From positions 37,138,001 through 37,202,000 of the forward strand of contig NC_043002.1 in NCBI RefSeq assembly GCF_006345805.1: a stretch of 64,000 nt of DNA, written 5' to 3'. The position numbers were made by a program, and so were the translations under genes. A model generated the notes under the pieces. That model did not search any database. It saw only the letters and a program-made list of their open reading frames with translations, and had not been told where the DNA came from. Below are positions 47,975-60,843 of this stretch, in pieces. Every line of letters begins with the position of its first letter. The stretch's first letter is position 1. This stretch comes from Octopus sinensis. Taxonomy: Eukaryota.

Positions 47975-50900
47975 TATCATCATCATCATCATCATCGTTT
48001 AGCGTCCGTTTTCCATGCTAGCATGGGTTGGACGGTTCTACTGGGGTCTGTGAAGCCAGAAGGCTTCATCAGGCCCAGTCAAATCTGGCAGTGTTTCTAC
48101 GGCTGGATGCCCTTCCTAACGCCAACCACTCCATGAGTGTAGTGGGTGCTTTTTACGTGCCACCCGCACTGGTGCCAGACAGAGCTGGCAAACGGCCACG
48201 AACGGATGGTGCTTTTTATGTGCCACCGGCACGAGGGCCAGGTGAGGCTGGCAACGGACACGAAATGGAGCGGTGCTGGCAACGGTCGTGAAACGGAAAG
48301 TTCTCTTACATGCCACCGGCACTGGTAACACATCTGCAATTTCCATTGATCGATTTCCATTGATCGATTTCGATTCTGATCCTCACTTGCCTCAACGGGT
48401 CTTCACAAGCAGAGTTTTGACATGCCACCGGCACTGGTAGCACATCCGCAATTTCCATTGATCGATTTCGATTTTGATCCTCACTTGCCTCAACACGTCT
48501 TCACAAGTAGAGTTTTGTGTCCCAAGAAGGGAAGGTATGCATACGTAGGCTGGCTCCATCCCATGTAGAAGGCCACGGGTTATGGACTCACTTGTCCTGC
48601 CGGGTCTTCTCGCGCACAGCACACTTCCAGAGGTCTCGGTCTCTAGTCATTTCCTCAGTGAGACCTAAAGTTCGAAGGTCGTGCTTCACCACCTCGTCCC
48701 AGGTTTTCCTGGGTCTGCCTCTTCCACAGGTTCCCTCAACCGCTAGGGTGTGGCACTTTTCACACAACTATCTTCATCCATTCTCGCCACATGACCATAC
48801 CAGCGCAAACGTCTCTCTTGCACACCACAACTGATGCTTCTTAGGTCCAGCTTTTCTCTCAAGGTACTTACACTCTGCCGAGTGTGAGTACCGGCATTAC
48901 ACATCCATCGGAGCATACTGGCTTCATTTCTAGCGAGCTTACGCATATCCTCAGCAGTCACGGCCCATGTTTCACTGCCATGTAGCATGGCTGTTCGTAC
49001 ACACGCATCATACAGTCTGCCTTTCACTCTGTGCGAGAGGCCTTTTGTCACCAGCAGAGGTAAGAGCTCTCTGAACTTTGCCCAAGCTATTCTTACTCTA
49101 GCAGTTACACTTTCAGCACACCCGCCCCCGCTGCTGACTTGGTCACCTAGGTAACGGAAACTCTCAACTATTTCTAGTTTTTCTCCTGGAAAGTGACGGA
49201 AGTTGGTCTCAGAGCATTTTCAGTGTTTATTGTTCCTGAGCATCTGCCACATAAAAAACCATCTTCCTAGTTAGCCTTCCTTTGACATTGCTGCATCTCT
49301 TATGTGTCCATAGCTTACACTTGGTGCATCTTATAGAGTTTCTACCTACACCTTTTCTACAGATCGAGCAGGGCCATCTACCTGAAGGTGTTTGTGATTT
49401 GTCTACCTTCCTACTGATTACGACTTTGGTTTTAGCTAGATTGACTCTGAGGCCCTTCGATTCTAATCCTTGTTTCCACACCTGAAACTTCTCCTTCAGT
49501 TCTGATAGCGACTCAGCAATTAGAGCAAGGTCATCAGCATAGAGGAGCTCCCAAGGGCATCCTGTCTTGAATTCCTCCGTTATTGCCTGGAGGACTATGA
49601 TAAATAGGAGGGGGCTGAGTACTGTGCCTTGGTGGACTCCTACCTCTACCCGGAATTCTTCACTGTACACATTTCCAACCCTCACCCTACTAGCGGCGTC
49701 CCTATACATGGCCCGCACAGCTCTCACTAACCATTCATCTATCCCTAGTTTCCTCATTGATCACCAGATAAGGGATCGGGGGACCCTGTCGAAGGCTTTC
49801 TCCATGTCAACAAAAGCCAGGTACAGGGGCTTATCTTTGGCTAGGTATTTCTCCTGCAGCTGCCTTACCAGGAAATAGCATCAGTAGTACTTTTCCCTGG
49901 CACAAACCCAAACTGCATCTCATCTAAACTAACTCTCTCTCTAATTAGTTGGGCTATGACCCTCTCCGTAACCTTCATCACCTGGTCCAACAGCTTGATA
50001 CCTCTGTAGTTATTTGTATCTAGGGCATCACCTTTACCTTTGTAGCAGTTGACTATTATACTGCTACACCAGTCATTGGGTATGACCCCTTTGTGTATCA
50101 CCTGATTAACTATACGGGTGACTAGGCTATAGCCGACACTACCAGACATTTTGAGCATCTCTGCAGTGATTCCTGATGGGCCTGGGGCTTTCCCTGTCTT
50201 CATGCTTCTAATTGCCTTAGCTACCACGGAACTATCAACTCGGATAGCTGGTCCCTCTGTTGGGTCAACATTCGGCAGACTCTCTTTATCCCATTATTTT
50301 CTTCATTCAGCAACCTTTCATAGTGGCATCTCCAAACCTCTCTCTTTGCATCCTCATTTAGCGCAAGTGAACCATCTTCCATGCGAACACACTTCTCTCC
50401 TACCACATCACGATTCTCTCTCACACACTGTCTTGCAACACGAAACACCTCCAGTCTTTGGTCCTCACGGCAAGAACATTGGCAAATTTTTTCTTATCTG
50501 CTTCCCCTCTGGCTAAATAAACCTGTCTCCTAGCTTCTCTTTTGGCAGTCTGATACAATCCCCTGCTACCCCCATTTTTCCAGACCTTCCAAGCCTGTCT
50601 CTTTTCTCTAATAGCCCTGTCTACAATATTGTTCCACCACCACGTTATTCTAGGTCGAGAGGGGACTTTGCACCAGCCACAGATCTGTGGTAGTGGCTCT
50701 CAGCAGGTTGTCCCTTAGAAACGTCCAGCTGTCTTCTACCCCCTGTGATGCTCTATCCCCTTCTACTTCGTCAGAGGCTTCAAGTAATATGTCCCTAAAT
50801 CTCTGTCCATTTGCAGGATCTTTAAGCTTCCAGATCCTTCTTCTCCATATTTGTCGTCTTCTGGTTGTCCTCCTAGTCCTGATCCTAAAGTCACTAACTA

Positions 50901-52250
50901 CCAGTCTATGTTGTGGGGTACATTCTTCACCTGGGAAGGTTTTGGCATTTATAAGCAGCCATCTCTCCCTTTGCCTTGTAAGGATGTAGTCAATTGGCTG
51001 GTATGTTGGCCCGATTGGTAAGTGACTAGGTGGCTGGTAGGTTTCCTGAAGTTAGTGTTGCAAATCATAAGATTATTTGCATCGCAGAACTCCAGCAGCC
51101 TGGTTCCCTCCTCGTTGCGGGAGCCATAGCCTCCATGTACGCCATGGAAGCCCCAGCATGTCCAACGTGACCATTGAAGTCACCAGCCACAAAGATAAGG
51201 TCTCTGTCGTTCGTCAACGAGGTAGTCTGCAGTAGAGTGTCATAGAATCGGTCTTTCTGTCCATCGGTAGCCCCGACTGAGGAGCATAGGCTGATATAAT
51301 GGTTGCTAAACTATGATGAAGCACTAATCTAATCTTAAGTATTCTGTCACATACTCTGATTACCTCAATTACTTTATCTACCCATTTCTCAGCGATAAGT
51401 ATACCCACGCCACCAACCCCGTCAGTGTTCCCTGCCCAGAAAATCTTGTACCTGCGTTCCTTGCCTGTGAGGAACCTAGCTGATCCTCCTCTCCACCTTA
51501 TTTCTTGCATGCAACATATATCCACACATCTCCGTTCAAGCATCTCGACTATCTCACCAGACCTACTTTCAGAGTGCCAACGTTGAGGGTGCCAACCCTG
51601 AGGGTGTGTGGGAGGCATGGGCTCTAGAGACCCTGGGACGGTGGACAGTAGCTTCGTGTACCTGAAAAGAAAGCTCGCATTTGGCAGAATTCATGTGCAA
51701 GAAATGAAGTAGTAAATAGCCTTCAGTACAACCTGCATAACGCTAGCCTTTCATATTTTGCACTGTATGAACATTACCTTACATAGGTCGAGACTAGGGT
51801 AGGGAGGGGTAGGGATGGTGAGAGCATTTGCAGTCTTCATGGGAAGCAACCCCGGAATGGCAGAGAATAGGAACTTCCGGCATGCGTGGTGGGGGTGGGA
51901 GGGCGGGTGCACCGTAGCTGAGTAAAGAGGTTCTGTTAATCGTATGAGCTAGCAAATGGGTTTGTATGAATCGGGAGACAACACTAAACGAAAAATTGAA
52001 AAATCAGAGTGGCTATGAACCTGTAGACAAGTCTAAACGAAAAAAAAAATGTTTGAGCTAGACAGGGTAATGAGGGAATACTGAAAGAATGAGGGACAAT
52101 ACAATGAGATGGAAATTGAAGAATAGAGAAAGAATAAGAATAAGTGCAAGAAAGAAGGTAGTCGTAGCGAGGTTGGACGATTCACTTAACTTTTAGCCAT
52201 TCATGATCTGTGCGTATTCTTTAGATATTTTGAAGCGAGTGGGGTTAACG
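47975..52250 (-). mobile_element. Near full-length RTE-clade LINE
   Basis: Single APE+RT ORF, about 600-bp structured 3' UTR, (GAT)n tail at 47975-47997; 5' boundary approximate. Confidence 0.93.
48588..51694 (-). pseudogene. RTE LINE ORF (APE endonuclease, reverse transcriptase with PHD-like insert), disrupted
   Basis: VGTLNVG, CCMQEIRW, SAYAPQ (APE); KAPGPSG, NYRGIKL, FVDMEKAFD, GVHQG, YADDL, FRYLG (RT); several 1-nt indels and one TGA near 49762. Confidence 0.93.
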
Positions 52251-52469
52251 ATATATATACATATATAAGTATGTGTGTATGTATGTATGTGTGTATGTAT
52301 GTATGTGTGTATGTATGTATGTATTTACCACAAATCCAAATGCCTAAATGACCGCAGAGTATTTTTCCACAATACCCCTTAGGTAATCCCTAATAACCTT
52401 ATAAATCTACATTTTAACTTCTAATCCTTATATAATTCCTCTTCCATACTTGAAGATCTCAATTATTTA

Positions 52470-52560
52470 ATTATATAAGTATGTATGCATGTATGTATGT
52501 ATGTATGTATGTATGTATGTATGTATGTATGTATGTATGTATGTATGTATGTATGTATGC
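52470..52560. repeat. (ATGT)n microsatellite
   Basis: Direct inspection. Confidence 0.95.
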
Positions 52561-53543
52561 ATGCATGCTTGGTATATGTACATATATGTGCAGTTGTGAT
52601 AATACATACAGATACATGTATGTATGTGTGTATGTATATATATATGTATATAGTATGTGTATATATGTATGCATGTATATACGTGTACATGCGTACATGA
52701 AAATGCAAGTGGGTACATGTGAATACATATGATTATAGGTATAGATACTTTATACAAGCATGGATTTATATATGAGTATGTGTGTGTGTATATATATATA
52801 TATGTACACATACCTGCCTCTGTATGTGTATATGTGTGTATACATGTCTGTATGTATGCACTCACATTTATGCATGGGTGTGAGCCTGCATACATGCATT
52901 TATGTATGCTAGAATTTATATATACAAAAATAGATACAAATGAGCATGTATATGCGTGAATGCATATAACATACAGGAGTTTTGTATGAGTATGTATGTG
53001 TTGATGTATGTAAATGTCTATCAGGGATATGCATTCCTCTACAACTCACCACTAACCTGTCCTTTTAAGCAACTTAACTTATATTCCTAATTCTTCATTC
53101 CACCTCAATTTTACTACCCTTATCCCCTCTGTCTGCCCATCCCTTCTGCTCTATCACAACATACCTCACACTTCTTTACTCTTTACCCTCTCATCGCTTT
53201 ACTCTCTCATCTTTTTACCCTCTCATCTCTTCCTCTCACCCACACCCTCACCTGTTCCTTCCTTCTATCATTTCATCTTGACCACTAGTTAGCACAGCTT
53301 CTCTTTCTTTATTTCTTTATTGTCTCTCTCTCCCCTTTTTCTCTCTTTCTTTTTCTTTATGTTTTTTTTTAGCTGAGATAGCATGTTAAATTCCACTTGT
53401 TTGCCTGACTTCTGTTGGTCCCTTGCATATTTTCAGTGAGATTGGTGATTAAGTTGAGGGTTTTTACTTCCACTTTCTAGCAAACTGGTGCTTCGTGTAT
53501 CCTTTAATATAATTATGAATATATATATACATATATATATATA

Positions 53544-53774
53544 TTGGTCATCCCATAAATAATACGGTTTTTTATACTTCTTTTATTTTTCAAAATTAAG
53601 ATAAACATAGGTGTAGGAGTGGCTATGTAGTAAGCAGCTTGCTTACGAACAGCATGGTTCTGGGTTCAGTCCCACTGTGTGGCACCTTGGGCAAGTGTCA
53701 TCTACTATAGCCTCGGGCCAACCAGAACCTTGTGAGGGGATTTGGTTGATGGAAACTGAAAGAAGCCCGTCGTA

Positions 53775-53805
<31 letters not shown>

Positions 53806-54839
53806 GTTTGTGTGTCCGTGTTTGTCCCCCAACATTGCTTGACAACTGATGCTGGAGTGTTTACATCCCTGTAACTTAACAGTTTGGCAAAAGAGACCAA
53901 TAGTATAAGCACTAGGCTTATAAAGAATAAGTTCTGGGATCAATTTGCCTGACTAAAGAGTGCTCCAGCATGGCCACAGTCAAATGACTGAAACAAGGAA
54001 ATGAGAGTAAAGTTCTTTTTTAATCTAAAATATACTCTCCTTCATTTTCTACAATGCTCTTCCATCTAGCTGGTAGACTTGCAAGAACCCTCTTCTGAAA
54101 TTCACTTGTCTGTGATGAAAAATACTCCTCCAGTGCTGTTCTGTTCGTGTACAGAATTTATATTTTTTTCCATCCAAATGATTTTGAAGACTGCGGAATA
54201 AATGATAATCAGATGTGGCAATGTCTGGCAAATATGGTGGATGGGGCATCATTTCCCATTCAAACTGCTCTAGCCATTGGAATGTTATCCTCATCGTATG
54301 TGGCCGAGCATTACTCTAATGGAAGAACACCTTTCACCTTGTAACCAAAGATAATCGTTTTTCTTCTAGTGCTGGCATTAATGAATGGCTGAATGACCAA
54401 ATTCAAGCTTCTCTGCTAGTTTCTCAAATGGGATCTTGCTCCACTAGGGTTTACAGGACACCCTTGTTGAGCTCTAAAGATCCTCCAGCATGATGCTCAT
54501 CTTCTAGGCTGTAGCTTCTGGTTCGGAATTTCTGGAACCACAGTTGACACTGGCTTACACTTATTGTCTGATTATGGTTTACTGCATTAATATTCCTTGC
54601 ACTTTTCTTTGCGTTGTTGCCTTATTGAATTTATAAAGCAAAATATGCCAAATATGCTCCTTTGTCACTTCCATTATCGCTTCGAAAAAATAACTGTTAA
54701 AATCGAACTGCACTCATCAAAACTTGCACTCTTCAAAACTTGCACTAAGAATAAGGACAAGGTAAAATTACTATCTTCTTTTATAGCAAGTTGATGTAGG
54801 TAGTTTTAGTTCATGCAATTGAAAAAAACTGATGACCCA
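53544..54839 (-). mobile_element. Decayed mariner interrupted by a SINE
   Basis: EQFEWEMMPHPPYLPDIATSDYHLFRSLQNHLDGKK; ends TA|TTGGTCATC and GATGACCCA|TA. Confidence 0.75.
53610..54011 (+). mobile_element. SINE family 1, full length, inserted in mariner
   Basis: Colinear with the 20088 copy. Confidence 0.88.
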
Positions 54840-54918
54840 TACTGTTCTGTGACAGAAAATCACCAAAAAAAACTATTCTATCATAAAGATATGTACTATG
54901 TTCATTAAATAAATAAAT

Positions 54919-54959
<41 letters not shown>

Positions 54960-54961
<2 letters not shown>

Positions 54962-55334
54962 CAAAGTATGGCGGTTTAGTTTACAGTTGATCTAAATGAT
55001 TAGGTACACTAGGTAAATGCTGTAACGTATTACTAGTTCTGTAAGGTATAACCGAGACGGTAGTTATGGAGCCATTGCAGATTTCTGATGCAGCAGATAT
55101 ATAATTGTTAAAGAGGACAACAAACATTAAGGCAAGGCAAACATCTCAAGTCATATACAATAGTATTATTAGAAAAAACTTCAAAGTCTTACAGCTGTTT
55201 CTGGGATAACCCTGAGTATGAGATATTCCGTGATCAGAGACAAATAGAGAAAAATAGGGAAAATGAGAATGGTATATATTAATGAGATGATAACATATAG
55301 GAAGGGAGTGTCATCATCTCATTAACAGTATATA

Positions 55335-55340
<6 letters not shown>
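54960..55340 (-). mobile_element. Family B Penelope-like element with mutated hammerhead at 55186-55241
   Basis: Homologous to 13080-13360; reverse complement GTCT-CTGATCA-(29 nt)-GAAA-C-AGCT-G-TA-AGAC; flanked by (TA)n. Confidence 0.65.
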
Positions 55341-55367
<27 letters not shown>

Positions 55368-55369
<2 letters not shown>

Positions 55370-55672
55370 TCGTGACCTTTGTGACCGACCAGGCTATCAG
55401 GTGTTGCTACATATCGCTGGTCACAATGCGCTTCGCATTGTTTTAGCCTTCAAATGACGCCACCCCGCTGGCTAAGCGAGCAGGCCAACAGAAGAAAGAG
55501 ACAAAGTTGTGGCGAAAGAGTACAGCAGGGATCGCCACCACCCCCTGCCGGAGCCTCGTGGAGCTTTAGGTGTTTCCGCTCAATAAACACTCACAACACC
55601 CGGTCTGGGGATCGAAATCGCGATCCTACAACCACGAGTCCGCTGCCCTAACCACTGGGCCATTGTGCCTCC
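55368..55672 (-). mobile_element. SINE family 3 (tRNA-derived head)
   Basis: Reverse complement GGCACAATGGCCCAGTGGTTAGGGCAGCGGACTCGTGG...GATTTCGATCCCCAGACCGGG, then about 230 bp non-tRNA body. Confidence 0.85.
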
Positions 55673-55736
55673 ACATATATATATATATATATATATCTGT
55701 GTGTGTGTGTGTGTGTGTGTGCGTGTGTGTGTGTGT

Positions 55737-55777
<41 letters not shown>

Positions 55778-56290
55778 ATGTATGAATGTATGTATGTCAT
55801 TGCTTAGTTTTATTTCAAAATTTCTTGCCAATAGAGAAAGAATCAGTTTCTAACCTAGATCCAAGGCTCCTGCATTGGAATTTCAACATCAAGAACAGTG
55901 TACTTTTGTTTGTATGTATGTATACATGCAGATTTGTATGTTTTATTTTATGCTATGTATTCTCATGCATATAGTTACATATCAAGACATGCTCAAATAT
56001 ATTTAAATGATAAACTTCCAGTAAGTTTTACACATTTTTACAGTTCTAGTGATAGATTGGATCTGTAGTCTTCAAATTAGCTTTCTCCCTTCTGGTTTTG
56101 AGAACCCTAATTTCTTAAGATTGGTATTTAGACAGTGTGTTATATATCACAGGGCCCCAATAGTTACAGGTACAAACCTGAACTTATAATCTGGATAGAA
56201 TAACTGCAGATTTCTCAATAGATCAGCATTGCTGCTAACATCTGCTGGGCAGCTAATTTCCACAACTGTGCACAGTTTCTCTTCTCTATT

Positions 56291-56510
56291 TCAAATCATT
56301 ATATCAGGTCTGTTGTGCTTATATTTTATTGAGGTTTTCACTGGGACATTCCACCAGTACTCCTTTTTATTATGAGTGGCAATGGCTTCTACCATACTGT
56401 GGGTTCTTATTTCTTTGTCCTCGGAGTTATCCTTCTGATGGATTTCATTACAGAATGTCCTAGCTACAACATTATGTCTCATTGGTAGATAATACCATGA
56501 TGACATATGT
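56291..56510 (-). mobile_element. RLE-type (R4/NeSL-like) non-LTR fragment
   Basis: YLPMRHNVVARTF..YWWNVPVKT..KHNRPDIMI, the RHN and PD motifs of restriction-like endonuclease domains. Confidence 0.7.
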
Positions 56511-57134
56511 TATAGGTAGGTATGTATGTATGTATGTATGTATGTGTGTGTGTGTATATACGTATGTATGTATGTATGTATGTACGTACGTATGTATGTA
56601 TGTATGCATGCATCTATATATGTATGTTCTTTGCGAAAAAACATGCATTTATAAAGTGCAAAAATGAAGATTCTACATAAGGTGAGACAGATAAAAACTG
56701 TTAGAGCAAAGGTGAAGAGTGATGGATGAGGGATAGGCAGAGGTGAAGCAAGAAATAGAAAATGTATGGGAGACAGAAAAGGAAACCAAAGGTTATGAAG
56801 TAGCGAGAGACAATATGTGGGAATGGAGAAAGTGAGTGAGTGAGAGAGAGAGAGAGATGCAGGAGAGGGAGAGAGAGAAAGAGGACATAGGGGAATGGAA
56901 TAAAATGTAGAAACAAGAACCGGTAAATGAAATTAGAACGTTTTAAAAAGAGAGGGAGAGAGAGAGAGAGATTGAGTATGTGTATGTATGAGTGCATGTA
57001 AGTATGTATTTATGAAGGAAATTGAATGAGAATTGGAAGGAGTAGAAAGGATGAGATGATGCAAAAGAGCCAAAAAAAAACAAACAAAAAATATGCAAGA
57101 GAAGGAGAACCACGAAAAGAACAACACCAGAATA

Positions 57135-57300
57135 AGAATGATGATGATGATGATGATGATGATGATAATGATGATGACGACGATGATGGCGATGATTATG
57201 GTCATTGTGATGATTATGATAACGATGACGAGAAGGAGGGAGAGGAGGAAGAGGAGGAGAAGAAGAGAAATCAAAGAAGAAGAAGAAGAAGAAGTAGGGG
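57135..57300. repeat. (GAT)n/(GAG)n/(GAA)n trinucleotide repeats
   Basis: Direct inspection. Confidence 0.9.
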
Positions 57301-57602
57301 GAACATAGAAAATAGTTACTTATGGATTTATGTGAGATCTATCTATCAGACAAAATACAAAATATCGATGATGTCTGGGCTGTTATGTAGAGTTTTACAC
57401 ATTTCTATATCCCTCCATCAACACACCTCAATTTATTTTGGCGATTGTGCAGTAATAAATTTGATTTTGGTAACTCTACTACAGCAATAAACTACTGGCT
57501 CGACTGTAGCAGAACACTTAGAGAAAATTAATAAGAACTAAAAAAAACACATACACTAACACAAACAAAAATAGATACACACACACATAACCACACACAC
57601 AC

Positions 57603-57649
<47 letters not shown>

Positions 57650-57749
57650 ATATAAATATATGCATATACACACTCGTACATACCATACATACATACATAC
57701 ATATGTATAAATATACACAAACGTATATATGTATACATATACACACTCG

Positions 57750-57785
<36 letters not shown>

Positions 57786-57879
57786 TGTATAAATATATAT
57801 ACACATATGTATATAAATATAACACATGCACATATATAAGTATTATATATTATCATTATTATTATTGTTATTATATATT

Positions 57880-58435
57880 GGAGAAAATCAAGATGTTGTG
57901 GGCTGAGAAGTGTGTACAGATGGATAATGGTACACTTGCACTTAATGATTCCAAAAAGGTACAGGCATGGAAGTGCTGTCATGGGAAGCTATTAAAAATG
58001 GAGAATGCCTGGAAGAAAGAGGGTATTCCCAATATGACCTCATTAGAGGGACAGGCTGCATCTATCATACTGCTTGACAGCGGTATGATGGATACTGTTG
58101 ATAGGTAATGCAGGTATTGATATGAAGACAAGAAAGTTTCTGGCCCAAAAGAAGTGACTCTTGAGGTAATTAAAATAGCGCAGGATATAACCTAGTCACC
58201 TGTATAGCTAATCAGGTTGCACAGGAAGATGTCATAGCCAATGGGAAGTGTAACAGCATTATGATACCTTAGATGAAGTAATTACAGAGGTATCAAATTG
58301 TTGAACATGGTCAGGAAAGTTACAGAAGAACATACAGGTCAATTTATTTGAAAGTCAATTAGTTTCGATGAGATGTGTCTTGGTTTTGTGCATGAGAGAA
58401 TTATTGCTGATACCCGCTTTCTTGTAAGACAACTT
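57880..58435 (+). mobile_element. Old decayed RTE LINE fragment related to the 47975 element
   Basis: EKCVQMDNGTLALND..AWKCCH.KLL.MEN corresponds to EKCVRMEDGSLALNE..VWRCHYERLLNEEN. Confidence 0.8.
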
Positions 58436-58461
58436 TCTAGTGAGACATACACACATTTACA

Positions 58462-58595
58462 TTTGGCTTCTTTTCAGTTTCCATTTACCAAGTCCGTTCG
58501 CAAGGCTTCAGTTGTCCTGGATCTATAATAGAAGACACTTGCCCAATGTGCCACACTGTGAAACTGTAGCCAAAACCATGTGGTTGGGAACTGCA
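58462..58595 (-). mobile_element. SINE family 1, head fragment
   Basis: ggcttcttttcagtttcc...gaagacacttgcccaatgtgccacactg...accatgtggttggg. Confidence 0.7.
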
Positions 58596-58603
58596 TATAC
58601 ATA

Positions 58604-58704
58604 CAGTAGTACATCGGTTTTTAAACAGCTCTGATGATGAATAACTCATGCTTTATATATATATATATAAAGCATGATTTATTTTGTAAACCGAGGTACT
58701 ACTG
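58604..58704. mobile_element. Tiny pogo/Tigger-like MITE with inner palindrome
   Basis: TA|CAGTAGTACATCGGTTT ... AAACCGAGGTACTACTG|TA; inner TCATGCTTTA(TA)nAAAGCATGA. Confidence 0.65.
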
Positions 58705-58827
58705 TATATACATATGTTTATACACATGCACACACATACATACTATATATATATATTATATATATATATATATATAAATATATATATACATACACACATT
58801 TTAATAACATATAATATATATATATAT

Positions 58828-59030
58828 ATGGCCCAGTGGTTAGGGCAGCGGACTTGCGGTCGGAGGATCGCGGTTTCGATTCCCAGACCGGGCGTTGTGT
58901 ATGTTTATTGAGCGAAAACACCTAAAAGCTCCATGAGGCTCCGGCAGGGGATGGTGGTGATCCTGCTGTACTCTTTCACCACTCTAAAGGCGGTGCTCCA
59001 GCATGGCCGCAGTCAAATGACTGAAACAAG
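58828..59030 (+). mobile_element. Chimeric SINE: family 3 head joined to family 1 tail
   Basis: Matches the 55368-55672 element up to tactctttcaccac (about 58982), then ctaaaggcggtgctccagcatggccgcagtcaaatgactgaaacaagta. Confidence 0.8.
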
Positions 59031-59105
59031 TACAAAAAAAAAAATATATATATATATATATATAAATATATTTATATGTATATACATATATGCATATGAT
59101 ATGTG

Positions 59106-59144
<39 letters not shown>

Positions 59145-59717
59145 GTGTATATGTATACACACACACACATAAAATACATATACATATACATATGATATAT
59201 ACATAGACACAGACACATATATGGAAAAAGAGAGAGACATTCGAACCTCACAAAGCACACCTTAATTTGTCCAATTGAAAACTGAGTGCTCTACAAGTAA
59301 TTAGAAATTATTTGTGCCTATGACCAAAGTGCATGTGAAATATTCAGAAGGAATCTCTCTCACATATACGTATTTAAATGAAATATATGTATGTTATAAA
59401 ACCGTTCAGGATATTTAACTGTTTCGTGGGTTGCCCACTTCTTTAGTAAGACTAGAATGAAACGGATTATCTTGGAAGCTTACTAGAAATAACAGTCAAC
59501 CATGAATGGTTGGGAGAAAAACAGCTCTTGGAAAATACAAGTAAAATAAAGTGAGAACATGTGCTAGCAACTTTCTATCTCTTGTAAAGTACCATTTTAT
59601 TACCATACAAATACCACAAACTTTTCAATTCACAAAATGGTAAGGTTAGCTATTCTTGATTATAAAATATTGCTTCCTGTGTATAAGCTACAACTAATAT
59701 CTATTTCCTTACTACTC

Positions 59718-59910
59718 ACAAGGGGCTAAACACAGAGGGGACAAACAAGAACAGACAAACAGATTAAGTCGATTACTGGTACTTAATTTATTGACCCTGA
59801 AAGGATGAAAGGCAAAGTTGACCTTGGCGGAATTTGAACTCAGAACGTAACAGCAGACGAAATATGGCTACGCATTTCGCCCAGCGTGCTAACGTTTCTG
59901 CCAGCTACAG
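59718..59910 (-). mobile_element. SINE family 2
   Basis: ggtacttaatttattgaccctgaaaggatgaaaggcaaagttgaccttggcggaatttgaactcagaacg...gctaacgtttctgccagct. Confidence 0.85.
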
Positions 59911-60774
59911 CTAATATCATCTCAACAACCCACCTTCTTGCCTAGAACATTTTCCTTTTGTGAGATCTCAGTGTATAGAGCTATACTTACTCACTATATG
60001 ATAAGCAGATGAACTATACATAGCTTACTGCTAATATCTTCAAGTTGTGATATCATCAACATTTGAATTTCTTTAGATCCATGGACAGGGTAAACTCTAC
60101 TTGCCAGTCCCAATTCATTTCATTCATTAGAGAGCAAGAATATCACTGCTACCCTATAACCTGAAGCAGTATCAATACAGGCCCTACATACTTCAGTGGA
60201 TCAAGTAAATGCAGGTCCTGCCTGTTTGAAAATTACTATACCTTGAAGTACCCTATGGTATCCCACAACAGAAAAGTCAAACTAATTTCTAACCTCCTTT
60301 ATCGATGAGCTTTTGTCTTGGATCAGTTCTAAATGAATGACTTTGAAAATACTCTCAAAGAAAATCAAGGAGTTTAACTCACTTATGACTGAAAATTAAT
60401 ATTGGCTGACCTTTGTCCCCGATACAATCTGATATCCTACAATGATCAATGCAGCAGTCTGCAACAATCTTATCTTAAGATCAAGGACATGCAACAAAAG
60501 CTTAGCTTACTATCAACCAATAAGAAACCATATTTCAAGCTGAATGCAGCCAGAGTTCTGCCCATCATGAATGCTTGGTTGATTAGACATGTACATTCAT
60601 GTCCATGAAACTCTGAGTAATATCTGTTTGAGATACTGACTGCAAATCTGTAAACATTTACTCTATATAACATTTTGAGTGCCAATTTTTATACTGTTTA
60701 TTCGTACACATGCTCGTACCACATATACACATAAACACACTGACACATATACACGTACATACATACATATATAC

Positions 60775-60805
<31 letters not shown>

Positions 60806-60811
60806 CATACA

Positions 60812-60843
<32 letters not shown>

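Noticed and set aside
51655-51680. Splice-acceptor-like ctttcttttcAG just upstream of the RTE endonuclease
   Set aside because: An in-frame ATG at 51694 explains the ORF start, and there is no evidence of splicing.
51830-51930. GC-rich patch in the RTE 5' UTR as an HDV-like ribozyme
   Set aside because: I could not build the nested double pseudoknot by eye.
55600-55672. tRNA-like sequence (also 58828-58890 and the heads of SINE families 1 and 2)
   Set aside because: A and B boxes are present, but the sequence runs into a repeated SINE body without a proper acceptor stem.
58631-58650. CTGATGA inside the small MITE
   Set aside because: No stem II or GAAA.
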